A stretch of DNA of 64,000 nt from Octopus sinensis (Eukaryota), in contig NC_042999.1 of assembly GCF_006345805.1 (NCBI RefSeq), forward strand, positions 168,454,001 to 168,518,000, read 5' to 3'. Numbering within the stretch: the stretch's first letter is position 1; every line of letters starts with the position of its first letter. A model generated the notes under the pieces. It searched no databases. It saw only the letters and a program-made list of their open reading frames with translations, and was not told the DNA's origin. Position numbers and translations under genes: made by a program. Positions 47,466-62,382 of this stretch are shown here, piece after piece.

Positions 47466-50400
47466 GACAACTTTGGCTATGGGTCTAATTCCAAATAAGA
47501 AATTTTTTTAAAGAAAACAACTAGTTTTATTCCACATAATAGTAAACAACTAGTTTTATTCCATATTTTCGCAAACAAGTATTTATACCCAATAGCATGA
47601 GTAAACAACTATTCCTTTCCACTTCCTATGAATTCATCAAAAAAGAAACAATTTTTATTTTTCCGTCAAATTGTGCTTTAGACAAATTGTCTCGGAATTA
47701 ATACTGTTTTAGACAAATTGTATTTAGATCAATTGTATTTTAGACAAACTTGCTGAATCCCAACATCAGCAAATGCATGCAGCAGCATGTCAAATAGAGT
47801 CTCAAGACAGAAGTGAGATGAGACTTTCTCAAGATCAGCAAAGGCACCCTTTAATTTTCCATGACAAGTTAGTACCTGGAATACTCCAAACGGATGCATG
47901 ACTTGTTGCTTAGTTGAATTAACCCATTATTGACTCCACAAATGTTTTGCCATCAATGCTGTACTTATTTATATCACTTGTTTCAACATAACTGTAATAT
48001 ATATACAAACTATGCCATTTCAATCCCAAGCAACGCTGGGTATTCCTTCTAGTCCATAAATACAACAAGGAATATTAGTAGAAGATTCCAATAAAAATAA
48101 CCTGCTACTAGCAGAAGAGGCATGATTTTGTTATATGGAACAGGTAACAAGGATCAGAGACTACTGTCAAGGTTAGTTGCACAGCAAATGTGAATGTCTT
48201 ATTTAAATTGGAGAAAAGGACATTTATGGTGAACTCTAGGCTGCAGTTTTTTGTTTGAACCTATCATCATAGGTACACTTAGCTGTGCAACAATAGATAT
48301 GCATTACAGTCTAGAATCAACAAACAAAATTTGCAGCCTTCAAAAACATTTCCATTAGTGGAACATGAAAATTTGTAAAACATTCTCCATTTAAGTTTCT
48401 TAAAATGAACATATGCTCACAATTGCAGGTGCATATGGTACATATATACATACAAAAACAAATAAAACATACTTGTGTACTAAAGTGGCACGCACACCTA
48501 TTAACCAAGATTATCTGCCACTGACTCATTCACATATTCACAAATCCCAGCAAACTGTCTTGACTTAAACAAAGGAGCCTTTTCCCTTTGTTAGTGACTG
48601 GCTTGATCTCTGCACAAGAAAAACTTAAATCCCAAAGAAAAATTCTTTGTTCATCTGTTCTCCATGCAACCTTCCATCACATGGAAGTCAAAACTGCACT
48701 TTGAAGGTATTCAAGGAAGTAAAGCAATGAATACAATGAAAGGCATAAAAATAGGTAACAACTGAACTCACATCACATATGAAGATTATACACAATAGAA
48801 AATTTAGATTGTGATAGACATTGCTTGAACTATTACCCTCATCCATTGTGTGCTTATCTACATTATATTTTAAACCAATTTGTTCTTCAGTCAGGTCATA
48901 TTTTTACAAAAGTTATAAAAGTGTAAGAGTTTAAACCTAGATAGGTACACTCACACTTGCATACTCAAATGTAGTTCAAACATATACATAAATGTTAATA
49001 GTTGATTCGGTATATATTATTGCAGTTGTCTTTGTGACTCTGGTATGGAAACACAGAAGGTTTTGTTTGCTTAAAGTTACATTGATTTTTCAGTTATGTA
49101 TAAGAATGGCTGAGAAAATGAAAAAAATTACATATAACAAAATAACAGTTTCTTTGTAAATTATTTTATTATTTCACATAAATATTATCTAATTGGAAAA
49201 AAAAATTCCAAAAAAATCCAACCCACTTATAAAATAAAATAGTTATCAAATTGGCTGAGAAACCACATGGGTCTAGGCTTCATCTCACTGCATGGATTGT
49301 GTTAAGTGTATTAGGCTCAGACTGGCCAAGCTTTGTGAGTGAAATTTGATAGACAGAAATTGTGTGGAAGCCCATCAGTTGTATATATATGTATGTTGGT
49401 GATGGTGGCTGAATAACTGTATCTTGTGACATATATAAGTGAAGATATAGGACAACAGAGTTCCTAACTAAAACAAATGTTTTGAAGTTAAATATCGGCA
49501 TTTTTATTTTTAGGAGCCTCATTGCATGTCCAGTGATTAACTTAACGAGAAAAAATCCCCAGTATTGTTCTATATATAACTATTTATATTTGACAACTAC
49601 TCAATTTCCCTGCATAGTGTCAGGAGGGTGTCACACCAAACCTTGTTAATAAGCCGGTGGCTTATGTGTGTGAACAGTCTGTTGGTGATGCAGAAATTTA
49701 TGGGATGTCTATACAATTATAACAACAAAAATTGCTTGGATTAGAGACCCATCCATATAAGCCAATTTAGAGAACTCAATAGACACCATAAGATATTTTC
49801 TGAAAAATATAATACTATTTTTTAAAATGCAGGGTTTTGTTTGATGAAAATGGTCTTAAGTCAACATATATGGCAGTGAGACATTGTTGAGCATTATCTC
49901 TTGTTTCTCGAAACAAGAACAAACTACAAGTGAATTTTATTTTCTCCAAGGCTGACAAAAGAATAGATTAATGTGAAGAAGTGATATACTTCTTTTTTCA
50001 ATATGTGAAACTAATTTTATATGTAATTCAATGCGGAACACTTGCAATAACAATCTGGTATTTACAGAAGACAGAAAAAATACAATTTTCTGTTTTTATT
50101 TACAAGTAAGTTTTCTTATACATTTTTTTCCTGTTAATAGAATAACTACTTTTACTATGGTGTAAATATTAAGTCCATTAATAAGAAGGAAAACTATTAT
50201 CAGACAGGCTTTGTATTACCACAGAGTTAAGAGAAAATACCAGTTAATAGAAACATTTGACAATGTTTGTTTTGTTTTAAATTCTTGTACTGCACATAAT
50301 ATATTTTATATAAACAACAAAAATTACAACAGTTATGTTTTGATAAATGTTACCAATTAAATCCCAAGAAGCAACTAAATTAATAAAATTAAATACCTAG

Positions 50401-51523
50401 AAAAGATTATATCTCATTGAGTTTTTGATGAAGGGCATTATTAAAATTTTATGGTCTGTTCTCTCTGTACTTAGGATATAATTTTACTGTTTAGTAGAAA
50501 TAACAGTTAAAATCCTCAACTTCAAAGAATATATAACCCTTTGAACTGAAATTGTAGGCCATTTGAAAAATGTTAAATAAATTAGAAGGCACAACTGAAA
50601 AGTTTGGTTTAAAAATGACCAAATGAGAAAATTTTAATGATAAATTAAAATATTACTGATGTAATGGGTATTGTTGCACAATTAGATAATTTTTTGTGAA
50701 ATGCCAGACAATACTATAGGCAAAGTTTAAAGTTAGAGTAAATAAATTAAATTATTAATTTCTTACAATAACTTGTCTCAAGTTTAAAGGGAAGGAAAAT
50801 GAGATAATGGTTTTCTGAAAGATATTAGTGATGTAAGTGAAAGGAAAACAATTACATATAAGAATCTGAATTGCATCTCATTGGCCAAGTAGGAGTATAC
50901 TTCTGCTCTATAAACTAACCAAATAACCTCAAGGATCAAAAGATCCAGAAAAAGTATACTATCAATTGTTGTTTTTCTTCAGATAGTGAGATGTTAAAAA
51001 AACCCTCTAAAATTTTAAAACTGAAATAGAAATTAATAAAAATATTACACCTATTATTAGATTTCAATTCAACAGTTTATTTTGATTTGGTTTAATTTAA
51101 TTTGTTTTGTCAATTTGAAATTTTCAGTTGAAATCAATGTAAAAAAAATAACCAATATAATGTTGACTGGCATTAAAAGCATCAATATAATCAGTTTTGT
51201 TCAATAATATCACAAATAACTCAATGCACCAGCAATCTATAAGAAACACTGCAATTTCATTTTAGGAGAAAGCTTATCTTGTTCTAGTGAAGACTGAATT
51301 TGTTTAGCAATAATTCAACATAATAAATATTTAGTTGTATTAGAAATATTAAAACACTGTGTAACCTTACAGTATATCTCAAACAACATTGTAAACTATA
51401 CCTAATTCTACTTCCTCAAAATGTCTATGTCCATACCCACTTTTTCTTTCTAATAATTAATCAGCAGAAACTCAAAAGAAACATCAATTTCTTAAGAGCT
51501 CACCTGCCTATTCACATCATTAC

Positions 51524-51588
<65 letters not shown>

Positions 51589-52397
51589 AATGCAATAGAA
51601 TGAGAAAATAAAACACAAAAAGTCTACTAATGTGAGCTTTAAAGGGCCTTTCAAAAGAAAATATTTTAATAATTACTCCATATATTTTGCTTTGGTTTGG
51701 CTATTTCTAACTAGTAGTAAATAAAAAAAAATTGAGCAGGTAATTCAAAGAGTAATGACAGTTTATACCAGATTTTTAGCTGAAAATATTTACCAAAAGA
51801 AAAGAAAACCCTCTTAAGTGATTGACATTGTGAGAATCCCCCATTTTCCTTTTTTTAAGGCAAAAAAATTTAGTTGTAATTTTACATCTTTTATTCATGT
51901 TCTGCAGTGTGATAGCTTCTAATGAATTGAGCTTTCATCTAGTTCTTATTCCCAGCTGCGCCATTTCACTTCATTTAAGTTTTACTTGTATTTGGAATAT
52001 GTCATTTTAAAATTAACAAATTACATATTCCATTAAGTATAAAGCTTTCAGTGATGTAATAATGTTCTAATAATGATTAGCACACATATTCATATTTCTG
52101 TGTAAGTTGTTTGAACAGTCTTGTAAATATCTTCCACTATTTTGTAAATATTTACCAATTAGAGATTATTTTTAATTGTACTAATTGTCATGAAAACAGT
52201 AGTTTCTCAACTTTATTCCAAGTGATGTTTAGTTAAAATGAAGAGCTCCTCATTTTACTTTTGTCTCCTCCATGGTTTTTCCAATTTTTGAGATAATTTG
52301 AATCTGGTTCTAATCATGAATCTGGATAAAGAAAGTGAAAATAAGAAACGCCAATGAATTCTTTCCTTATTTCATGTATTTCGTTATCATAGCATTA

Positions 52398-52732
52398 TCT
52401 ACCTATATAAAAGAGGAAAAAAACTTGCACACTTTGGCTTTGGTAAGGATTCAATGGCACTAGACATGCTAGGATTGAGCTGAAAATTGGCAGGGATACT
52501 AAATGCTTGGTGAGGATGTGACCCGCGATGGTTAAAATTCGCAAGCTATAAAGATGTGGTTGTTATAGCAAAAAGAGTGATTTTTAAAAATATTTCAGCA
52601 TTCAGAAATAGATAGGTTATAAGGGGAACAACTCAGTAGTTTCAATGATTACATTTACAAGTAACGACTGTACATAAATATCAAGATTACTTATTTGTTG
52701 CGAAATAATATGTGCGTGTGTGAGTGCATGCA

Positions 52733-52799
<67 letters not shown>

Positions 52800-52962
52800 A
52801 TACGAGTGAGTTGGCTGTTAGTTCAATCGAAAATAAAGAAATCAAAAAAGTATTTAAAAAAGCAATTAATAATTAATAAGTAATCTTGATATTTATGTAC
52901 AGTCGTTACTTGTAAATGTAGTCATTGAAACTACTGAGTTGTTCCCCTTATAACCTATCTAT
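52398..52962 (+). mobile_element. Helitron-like 5' end followed by an 88-bp inverted repeat around a (TG)n tract
   Basis: A|TCTACCTATATAAAAG resembles the 56860 element; 52608-52695 pairs with 52875-52962 with one mismatch. Confidence 0.5.
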
Positions 52963-53824
52963 GATTGTACATCATTAGTGTGTAATTTTCAAATAAGATT
53001 ATTAAAAGAAATGTTATAATTGATTGTATGTCTTTTAGAAGGTTCTCAAAATGGTTAGAACTTGAAACCAAGAATGGCAAATTAAAACAATGTAATGTAT
53101 TTATTTAGTCCAAAACTCTATTAAGTGGGTTAATGAATATTTATTAATTTAAATCTAGTGTTCAAAGCTATTAAAATTAGATTTGTCATCAAAATTTCTC
53201 AAATCCAGATAAATTTAGCTTCATTAACTTTTGGTTGGATGACTGATTCTACCAAATTCCATGAGAAATAACTTTTTTCTCATTCATTATTTAACAAGAA
53301 TTGATTATATTTTTGGAGCTGGAATATGTCATTTCTAATAATCTGATTTTAACTAAAGTTTGTTGTTATTAGTTTTAACTAATTAATGCAAATAATGTCA
53401 GTAGTAATATGAAGACTAAGAAGCTCAACCAATTCTGCAGATCATGATTTCTTCTGTGAAAACAGAGTAGCCCAATTAGAGAGACTAGATGGGAAATAAT
53501 AAGTGCTCAATATCAAAAGGTACCATTCCTAATAAATTTTCATGTTACAGACAGCAACCTAATATTGGATGAGGTCTGTTATTATTAGTATTAACCAATT
53601 AATATAAGTACACCAGACAGTATCAGGAACAATTTATTATAATTATGAATAAATAAATAAAAAGACTTTCCACCGAGACATTGGTGGGAAAAAATATACT
53701 AGAGTGGGTTCCTGTTATATTTCCCATCTAACTAGCCATGTAGTTAATGAAACATTTGTTAATAATACACTGTACCTACTGTTTGTATTGCTTACAATTT
53801 TTGGAAACAATTAATAGCTAGGTA

Positions 53825-54040
53825 AAGGTAGTGAGCTGGCAGAAACGTTAGCATGCCGGGCAAAATGCTTAGTGGTATTTTGTCTGTCTTTACGTTCTGA
53901 GTTCAAATTCCTCTGAGGTCGACTTTGCCGTTCATCCTTTCGGGGTCAATAAATTAAGTACCAGTTGCATACTGGGGTCGATCTTATCAACTGGCCCCTT
54001 CCCCCAAAATTTCGGGCCTTGTGCCCAGAGTAGAAAAGAA
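53825..54040 (+). mobile_element. tRNA-derived SINE, family A
   Basis: Homologous to 1-151; GAGTTCAAATTCC B box. Confidence 0.85.
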
Positions 54041-56543
54041 TTTATAGCTAGGTGGATTTGGTAAGTGGTGCTGTGTTAGACATAAAAATTGCATAGTACT
54101 AGCAATGAAAAATAAACTATTGGCCCTCTCTCTCTCTCTCCAGCTGGTATAACTGTCTTTTATTTATCTGTCCATCTGCTTCCTCTCTTAATTATGAATA
54201 CACAGCTATTACTTGACAAGAAGGTAATGATTACATACAAATATTAAAAAGAAATACTTCACTATAAATTTTTCATCCAATTTCAAAATATAATTTTTTT
54301 TTCATAATGTTTAAAATAAAAGATCTTGTTCTCAGAATTTCTATTTAAGATAGCAAGTAAAATTTAAAAAGCACTTGATTTAGGAGCAAACAGAAAGAAT
54401 TTCTACTTTACTTAATCTGCTCAAATAGAAACCAAGTCTCTCTGAAAAATTTCTCTAAAACTATTGAAGTAAGAAATGTGTGTCTATCCTATATTAAACA
54501 CAGAATGGTTACAGCTGAACATTGATTCAATGATAAAGTGGCTCACTAGAAATTCTATAAACCTATGCTATCTATGGCTGCCTAAGAACTTGAATAACAT
54601 GAAAGTAAACTGTGTAGAATTTTTAATCTACTTTACACTTATAATCAAAAGAAAACACATACACACAAACAAACAAAAGGATAGACAAAGAAAACTCAGT
54701 GAAAATCTGTAAAATTGAAATGAAGGTAACTAAAATTTGCTATGCCCAAAATTAAAGAGTAATTAATGAACTAAAAAGAGAAATGATTCTTCAATGGCAA
54801 TTAAAGAGAGAAAAAAGATTGTATTTGTATATTCATATTGAAAATATGCAAAATATGAATCATTGCTGATATTTTTATCATAAATGGAATAAATGAGTTA
54901 ATGAATTTTACTGTTTTACATGAAATGACTCATATAAAAAGCAAATGTGTGGTGGGGAAATTTCTCACATGACACGAGTTGATATTTTAAATAACATTTA
55001 TTAAATTTTATCATATATAATAAGTTCTCATGTATTTTTCTTGGTATCTTTCTGAATATAAATTTGGATTAAAAAGAAATGTTACTTTTAAACTATTTAG
55101 AGTATTATTGGAGAGGCAAAACAAAACATGAGAAAATACACACACACACACACATTGAATTCTATTTCTGCAATTTGTTTTATCAAATCTTTACACACAC
55201 ACACACACACACACACAACTGATATATATAACTGTGGTTAAAAATTGTTGAAAAACCATAAGTGAATAAAACATAATAATTTTGTTTCTAAGCTTTCACA
55301 ACATTCATTTAAATATCCTGTATTTACAGAGGAAATATAAATAGAAGAGAGAGGATGACAGAACAAAAATGTGTGTGTTTGTGTTGGATTAAAAACAGAA
55401 AAGATAATTACTCTACATATTCATTTATATTCTGAATGAATTGTTTATCAGTGTATCTTTTCTCAAGATACTGATGAAAAAGAAAAGATCAGAGATTTAG
55501 GTCAATATGTTAGTTTAGATGTGTTAAGTCTCACCAGCAACTCAATTAAAAACTAACAAAACAAAAAAAGTGCACATTGGAGTTTTGGCTCTCCAGACAA
55601 CTGATAAAACTGAATTGTTTATGAATGCAGGGGTAATACTTTCATATGGAGTTCCAACTACCATATGGAATATCAAAGTAAGCATATAATTTGACTTTTG
55701 ATTCAGCTGATATTGATTTGAGCTTCTGTCGTTCAGTTGGTGTTGTTTAAAATAATTTATTTTTCGTAAGACAAGTAAATCTTACTTCAAAACAAGAAAT
55801 GGAGTGAAATTGAAGGTATGTTATAAAGTTAATATAGTTAATATTACTTAATATTTTTCCCTTTTTTAAAATTCAGCTAACTTTTTTTATCTAATTTAAT
55901 TAGTGTCTTTAAACTTCTATCAAAATTTCTTGCAGATATTTCACATTTAATCAAATTTTTGGATGATTTCCTCTTTATACATGCTTCTTTATTCATACTC
56001 TCAACTTTTCTCTTTCTCTCAAATTCTTTACTTTTAGTCATTTTCGTAGTATTTTCTGTAATATTTGCTACTACAAAAATCACCCATACATGAAAAACCA
56101 ATAAAAAGCAGGCGTTTCCAATAAGTCTAAGCAACAAATTATTCTTAAATTTCTATCAAAATAATAGAAGTCTCAGTTCCTCAATCTGAAGGTAGAAAGG
56201 GAAGGTCAATATTATTAGGAACAACAAGGAAGAAAACACAGAGGACAAAAATCAATATAAACTTTGAGAAACAAACAAACACATAACAGATCTACAAGTG
56301 TTTCCAGCTATTTCAGAATGATTTGTAATGTAATAGTTCATTATCAATAATCAGCAAGTCTCATTGTAGATTTTGGTCCATGAAGGAATTGTAGATGTGA
56401 CACATTAGAGAATTTTGCAATGAATTAAAGGACTGAACAAGGTAACACTCATTTAGTTTTCTTAGATATTAAATAAAGATGAAGAAACTGGCAGTGCTGC
56501 CTCAAGGTGGGGACAAGAACAATTCTGCTTTTATAAAAAATAT

Positions 56544-56683
56544 TTAAGACTGGATATTTCTAATTCGTTCCCGGGAAGTGTCAGTTTGTGCAGTAGCACG
56601 TCGCCGGATTCGCTTCATTTTAGCCATGTCTTCACCAAATACATCTCCAGTCCTAAGAGCTGATATCAAGTCATCAAATTCTC
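56544..56683 (-). CDS. DAAM: DAAM formin, terminal exon (DAD motif)
   Basis: TTTTTTTAG| acceptor, phase 1; GEFDDLISALRTGDVFGEDMAKMKRIRRR...SRERIRNIQS*, matching the DAAM-family DAD motif. Confidence 0.9.
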
Positions 56684-56859
56684 CTAAAAAAAATAAATAA
56701 AATATAACTGAAATTAATAAATCACTGGTGTATTAACAATGTTTTTATTTTCAATGTTATACTGTACCATAAAATATATGAATTGCATTCCAGAAGTTTA
56801 GCATTTTGTTTTTAGGAGAGGAAGTCATAACAGACTTAGATTATTGTAATTTTAGTATA

Positions 56860-57230
56860 TCTTTATATATAAAAGTGAAGTTGTGTGTCTCCTATGATTT
56901 AGATTCCTAACTACTCCCACATTTTGCGGTGCAGTTTAACCAAAACCGGGTATCTTATTGTCGTGATTCATATCGAGCCCTACGATGAGTCTACGATTTT
57001 AAAAATAATTTACCATTATTTTTTTCCATTTTGATGCATTTTTTGCTATTATATAAGGGAAGTAACTCTCTACAAATGTCTACGATGAGTCAACGATTTA
57101 AAAAAAAATTTACCATAATTTTTTTCCCATTTTTAATGCATTTTTTGCTATTTTATGGCTATAACTCTCTAAAAATGCTTATATAGTTATTTCCTTTACA
57201 AACCCGAGCAACGCCAGGCGATACAGCTAG
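56860..57230 (+). mobile_element. Non-autonomous Helitron
   Basis: A|TCTTTATATATAAAAG ... CCCGAGCAACGCCAGG...CTAG|T, i.e. AT target with TC/CTAG termini; internal direct repeat. Confidence 0.75.
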
Positions 57231-57487
57231 TCATTACTATACATCTAATAAGCTAACTGGCCAATTTATGTTATTCTAGATTGGAGGTGATGGCTGTAGC
57301 AGCACTTTGAACATACTCTATAAACACAGCTTGTTACAACTGATTAGTTTGGAAGCATGCTATGTTTAAACAGCAGAAACCTATTAAACTGCTCTCGATT
57401 GATTATGGATTAACTTACATGAGCCAAACATCTGTTTTTTGCCAGGCAAGGTAAGTTCACTGGGAAGCATATACCACTGAAATTGTA

Positions 57488-57890
57488 ACTCTTTACTCTT
57501 TTACTTGTTTCAGTCATTTGACTGCGGCCATGCTGGAGCACCGCCTTTAGTCGAGCAAATCAACCCCGGGACTTATTCTTTGAAAGCCCAGTACTTATTC
57601 TATCGGTCTCTTTTTTGCCGAACTGCTAAGTGACGGGGACCTAAACACACCAGCATCGGTTGTCAAGCAATGCTAGGGGGGACAAACACAGACACACAAA
57701 CACATATATATATATATATATATATACGACAGGCTTCTTTCAGTTTCCGTCTACCAAATCCACTCACAAGGCATTGGTCGGCCCGGGGCTATAGCAGAAG
57801 ACACTTGCCCAAGATGCCACACAGTGGGACTGAACCCGGAACCATGTGGTTGGTAAGCAAGCCACTTACCACACAGCCACTCCTGCGCCT
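57488..57890 (-). mobile_element. SINE family B with CR1/L2-like tail
   Basis: Near-identical organisation to 29638-30003. Confidence 0.88.
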
Positions 57891-58342
57891 GTAAGTAAAT
57901 TATTACAGAAAATATTTTGAATGAATTATCAAACAAAAATGGTTGAGGAATATCCAGACAGCTATTAATCTCATGCCCCTAAGTTAAAGTTTTACAGGCT
58001 CATTAGATGCTAATAAAAAGGCCAAATCTACTTTACACCATACAATACTAACTTACAAAAGAAAAGATAAATTGAATAAATGACCAGATGACCAATGCTC
58101 GAATGCTTTTAATTATAGATTTACTAGATCAGAGTTTACCTATATGGCTTAGAATGCCCCTCCACTCTTCATGGTTGAGTGGGTATATTAGGATGAACGT
58201 CAAATTTGTTAAAACAACTTATGTGCTAACATTTCTGTTAAATTGTTACTCACTTAACCATTGAAAATCTTTGAACAAACTTGAAATATTTCCAAAAATT
58301 AAAACACACACTGATATAGATCTTTATAAGATTTCTTTACAG

Positions 58343-58730
58343 TATCATCATCATCATTTAACGTCCGCTTTCCATGCTAGCATGGGTTGGACGGTTCAAC
58401 TGGGGTCTGGGGAGCCCGAAGGCTGCACCAGGCCAGTCAGATCTGGCAATGTTTCTACAGCTCGATGCCCTTCCTAACGCCAACCACTCCGAGAGTGTAG
58501 TGGGTGATTTTATGTGTCACCGACACAGGTGCCAGACAAAGCTGGCAGACGGCCACGCTCGGATGGTGTTTTTATGTGCCACCGACACAGGTGCCAGATG
58601 AGGCTGGCGAATGGCCACGATCGGATGGTGTTTGTTACGTGCCCACAGCAAGGAGGCCAGTTGATGCGGTACTGGCTACGGCCACGTTCGGATGGTTTTC
58701 TTGTGTGCCACCGGCACTGGTACCACAAAG
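58343..58730 (-). mobile_element. RTE LINE 3'UTR-only fragment with ~60-bp repeats
   Basis: CATCATCATTTAACGTCCGCTTTCCATGCTAGCATGGG... as at 23755. Confidence 0.85.
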
Positions 58731-59003
58731 TATATTTTAAATAATTTTACAATCTCATTTAATGGTGATTTCTAACTTTGGTACTTGACTAATGTTATTT
58801 GAATTACCTATTGATATTGAATGGAAACAGGAAAGGCAGTTTTCATTTTGCAGAAGCTGTAGAGAATAGTTTCCTTTTAACATTTGGCTTCCTCATAAAT
58901 AAATATTTTCTAATTCATCATATGCCACATGTGCATGTAGTCTGATCTGTATGCTATGCAAGCTGGTAGAGATAATTAATGAGAAGATGTAGAGGAGGCA
59001 AAC

Positions 59004-59112
59004 CTTTTTCATTGTTCTCTGTTACTCCATTCGTTAATTTATCCGTAGAGCAATTGCTTGAAAGAGACTCTTGTTTCCTCAACAGTCTTTGTTTGTCTTT
59101 TTCTTTCTTTGA
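59004..59112 (-). CDS. DAAM: DAAM formin exon (linker after FH2)
   Basis: TTTTAG| acceptor and |GTTTGC donor; phase 0 to 1; SKKEKDKQRLLRKQESLSSNCSTDKLTNGVTENNEK; frame-compatible with both neighbours. Confidence 0.75.
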
Positions 59113-59392
59113 CTAAAATAAATATATAAAAAAAGAAACAAACAAAAAAAACATTGACGATATTCCAATATTGTAATCAACTAAAGTCAAAGAATATACT
59201 TCATAAAAATAATGAATACACATGAGAATGAAATGACTTATTTAGTGAGATCTATAACATATTAGGCTTAAGGGAACCACCAACGTTAAATAACTGTAAG
59301 ATGATAATATTTTGTAAATTTATATGAATGTATTAATGTTATTGTTTCATGGCACACATATGTTCCTGTGTTCTCAAAGAAGCATATGTAAT

Positions 59393-59621
59393 TTAACCCT
59401 TTAGTGTTCGCATTATTCTGCCAAAATTAATCCTTTTTTATCCACATTACCTCGAACTAATCAGGCATTATCTTGGAGCTATGAGATTTTGATGAGGTAG
59501 CAGTTAATTTTTAAAACGATATTGTAGGGTTGGTGCGAGAGACAAGATCTGGCCAGTTTGAACATAAAACAGGCAGAATACTTTTGGCCGGATACGGCCG
59601 GTTTAAATGCTAAAGGGTTAA
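59393..59621 (+). mobile_element. piggyBac-like MITE
   Basis: TTAA-CCCTTTAG ... CTAAAGGG-TTAA termini with TTAA TSD. Confidence 0.8.
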
Positions 59622-59778
59622 ATAACTGACACCTGCTGGATAAAAAAAGTACTCTGTGTGGACAATAGAAAGCACATGTGGCAAGAGGGAGACCATAGTT
59701 CAGGTCTTGCTAACACTATTTTCTTTTCTGGATTAAATTAAATTTTTGTTGAATTCAACAGAACTGAAGAATACTGAC

Positions 59779-59943
59779 CTGCTCCAGTTTGGCCCGTTTT
59801 TCTTCCTCAACCTTCTTCAGCTTTTGTTTATCATTATCATGCTTTGCTTCAGCAAATGATACCAAGAATGTATCAAGTACTGAGAAAAATTCATCAGGTT
59901 GTTGATTGGGGTCTTCGCAGAAAGATTTCAAAGCTCTCTCATA
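59779..59943 (-). CDS. DAAM: DAAM formin exon (FH2 C-terminus)
   Basis: 165 nt, phase 0-0; YERALKSFCEDPNQQPDEFFSVLDTFLVSFAEAKHDN...; AG/GT sites present. Confidence 0.9.
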
Positions 59944-60509
59944 CTGTTCAAAGAGAGTTAAGCACATTTAATCATTTCATATTTATAGAAACATTTATTA
60001 CTTTGGACTAGACATAACTATTATTGGCACTATACATGAGTTTGAATTTTTGAAAACTATACTTACACTTAGAGATTTAAGCTCAGAACACTGAAATACA
60101 GAACTATCTTAATTAATTAATTGATATTAATGTTAGAATTTTATTAGTTGTGTCGAGCATGAAGTTGGTGCCCAGATTTGTTGATAACATTTTCAGTCAA
60201 GGCCAGTACACTTCCTATACACAAAATATCATGAATATCAGCCATCCTAATTTCTCTTCTTCACAGAGAGTAAGATATCAATATTATATAGCCAGTAAAA
60301 AGTCCAAGGAAACTAGTGGTCTGCATCAAATATCATTCAATAAACTTTACAAGTTTGAATAAATATATTTGCTTGGTGTTATCCAGAATAACAAATTTCT
60401 CTAAAGAATTGCTTCAGAACTTGCATCTTGCAGTAAACAAATTTATTCAAACTGCAAAATTCATTAATATTACAATCTTATTAAAAGAGATTTGGTCTGA
60501 GATACTTAC

Positions 60510-60641
60510 TTTTTGCTTCATTTCTGCATAGGACTCTTCTAGTTCAGAAAAATTGTAGGCAGCTACTGTTATAAAATCTGTCATTACTGAAATGAATTTA
60601 TCCCTGCTGTCTGTGTTATGTGACCTCAAGAAGTCTAATTC
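60510..60641 (-). CDS. DAAM: DAAM formin exon (FH2)
   Basis: 132 nt, phase 0-0; ELDFLRSHNTDSRDKFISVMTDFITVAAYNFSELEESYAEMKQK; TTTTGCAG| and |GTAAGT. Confidence 0.9.
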
Positions 60642-61506
60642 CTGCAAAATTAAATCAAATAAATATTCAGATTAGATCTGTGAAGAAAATACATAGGTTT
60701 CAGTGAGTTGGGACAGAACAGTTGTCATTCCACATTTGTATATATGCATTGTTATTTTGATCTAGTGTTGCTGCAAGTGCAAATATTGGTTTATTTCTTG
60801 TTTAGCTGGTTATTGCACAAGTCAGGATTTGTCTACAGATTTCTATATCTGAGCAAATATATTTCAACTTAGCTCAGAATGTCAAATGAGGATGAAGTGC
60901 TGAGTCTGATGATCTGCTGCCCCTGTTCTGAGTGAACTCTCTATTTTTTTTTACTCAGCTCTCTTTAAGAGACGGGATCTTGCAGCTACTGCTAGTCTAC
61001 AATTTTATATGCATTATAACACATACTGTCATTTTGATCAAGTGCCATTTTAGGTGCATATATTGGTTTAATAATTATTATTGTATGTGCCCCATAGTCA
61101 AAATAGTTCAGAGTAGAAAACACAAGCCTCCTCATGACAAGCCTGAGAGGTAACATTCCACACTGGAATCTTACAAGAATTAAGGACAAAAGTGACAAAA
61201 CACTGAATTTTGGATGCATAACTTGTAGGGAAACTCATTTATTAGCTGGTTTCACAATACATTACTAAAACCATAAGGGACTGAACTGCCATGGGGTGTG
61301 TTTTTCTTTTTTTTTATTTCCCTTTTTTTTTTTTATTTGATGTTAGCTACAGTTGATTGTAGGAAATGTGAACAGTAAAGATGTGCTTTCAATTACATAG
61401 ACTGCTTTCTGGTATTAAAAAAAAGCCACATAAATTAGGAAATTCAGCAGTCGAGAAGTCTCATGTTCACTTTTTATTGTTTATATTAGTTACACAAACT
61501 GCTTAC

Positions 61507-61567
61507 CTTTTCAATGTCACTAAGGCCTTTTCTGATGAATGCCAAATCTTTCTCAAGTTCAATAAAA
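61507..61567 (-). CDS. DAAM: DAAM formin exon (FH2)
   Basis: 61 nt, phase 2 to 0; (N)FIELEKDLAFIRKGLSDIEK; TTTTCAG| and |GTAAGC. Confidence 0.88.
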
Positions 61568-62382
61568 CTGAAAATTACACAAGGCATTTAAGATCATTAA
61601 AATTAAGTTTAAAAATGTTTACCTACAACACAAAAATATCATGAAAAGTAAAATTGATTATAAGTCAAGAAAATATAAAACAAAAGGGACTAGCTCAAAA
61701 TATATGTCTTAATTTATTGCAGTATGATGTTTATTTTCAAGTTGGTGTAAGATGGAAAGATTTGTGCTTGTTTATTTTTCAGTATCCATATTATATCATT
61801 AATTTCACATCTAACCATCTAAAGTTTGATTTTAGGATTTCATCCAATGTCTTTCATAGTCAATCTCTGCTTAGTACACTTACTGCTTTATGACATCTAA
61901 CAACATTCTCCTGCACAGAACTCAACTGTTGATTTATTGTAACTCAAATGAAGAAATTGCATTATTGTCTTTTCTTGTCTTAAGGTTAATCTTACTATTT
62001 CTCTCCATATTTTGCCTGTTAAAGGTGCTTTTTGCATTATTGAGTTACCCATCTACAGAATTCTGTTGAAAGAATTTCTTTCAAAATTTTTCACTATTAA
62101 GCTATATTTGTAAGAAAAGAATATAATTCCATAAAAGTAGACAATTTACTTAAAGTAAACTTTCTTTAAATTACCAATGAAATGTTTCAGGAGTTGAAAT
62201 TGTCATTGACTGATGTTTTTTGTAAAGATTAAAAATTAATGTTTTTCTTTCTGCATGTATTTCAATTAATTTCTAAAGCAGGATGTTAGCAATGGTTGCC
62301 TTAAAACAAGAAGCATAAAGTAGTGATAATACTTAAGATGCTTTAATTAATGAATTACTGCAAATAATCAATGATGACTTAC

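Noticed and set aside
48025-48053. Helitron 3' end (CCCAAGCAACGCTGGG...CTAG|T)
   Set aside because: It resembles the 57230 terminus, but no matching 5' end could be placed, so no feature was called.
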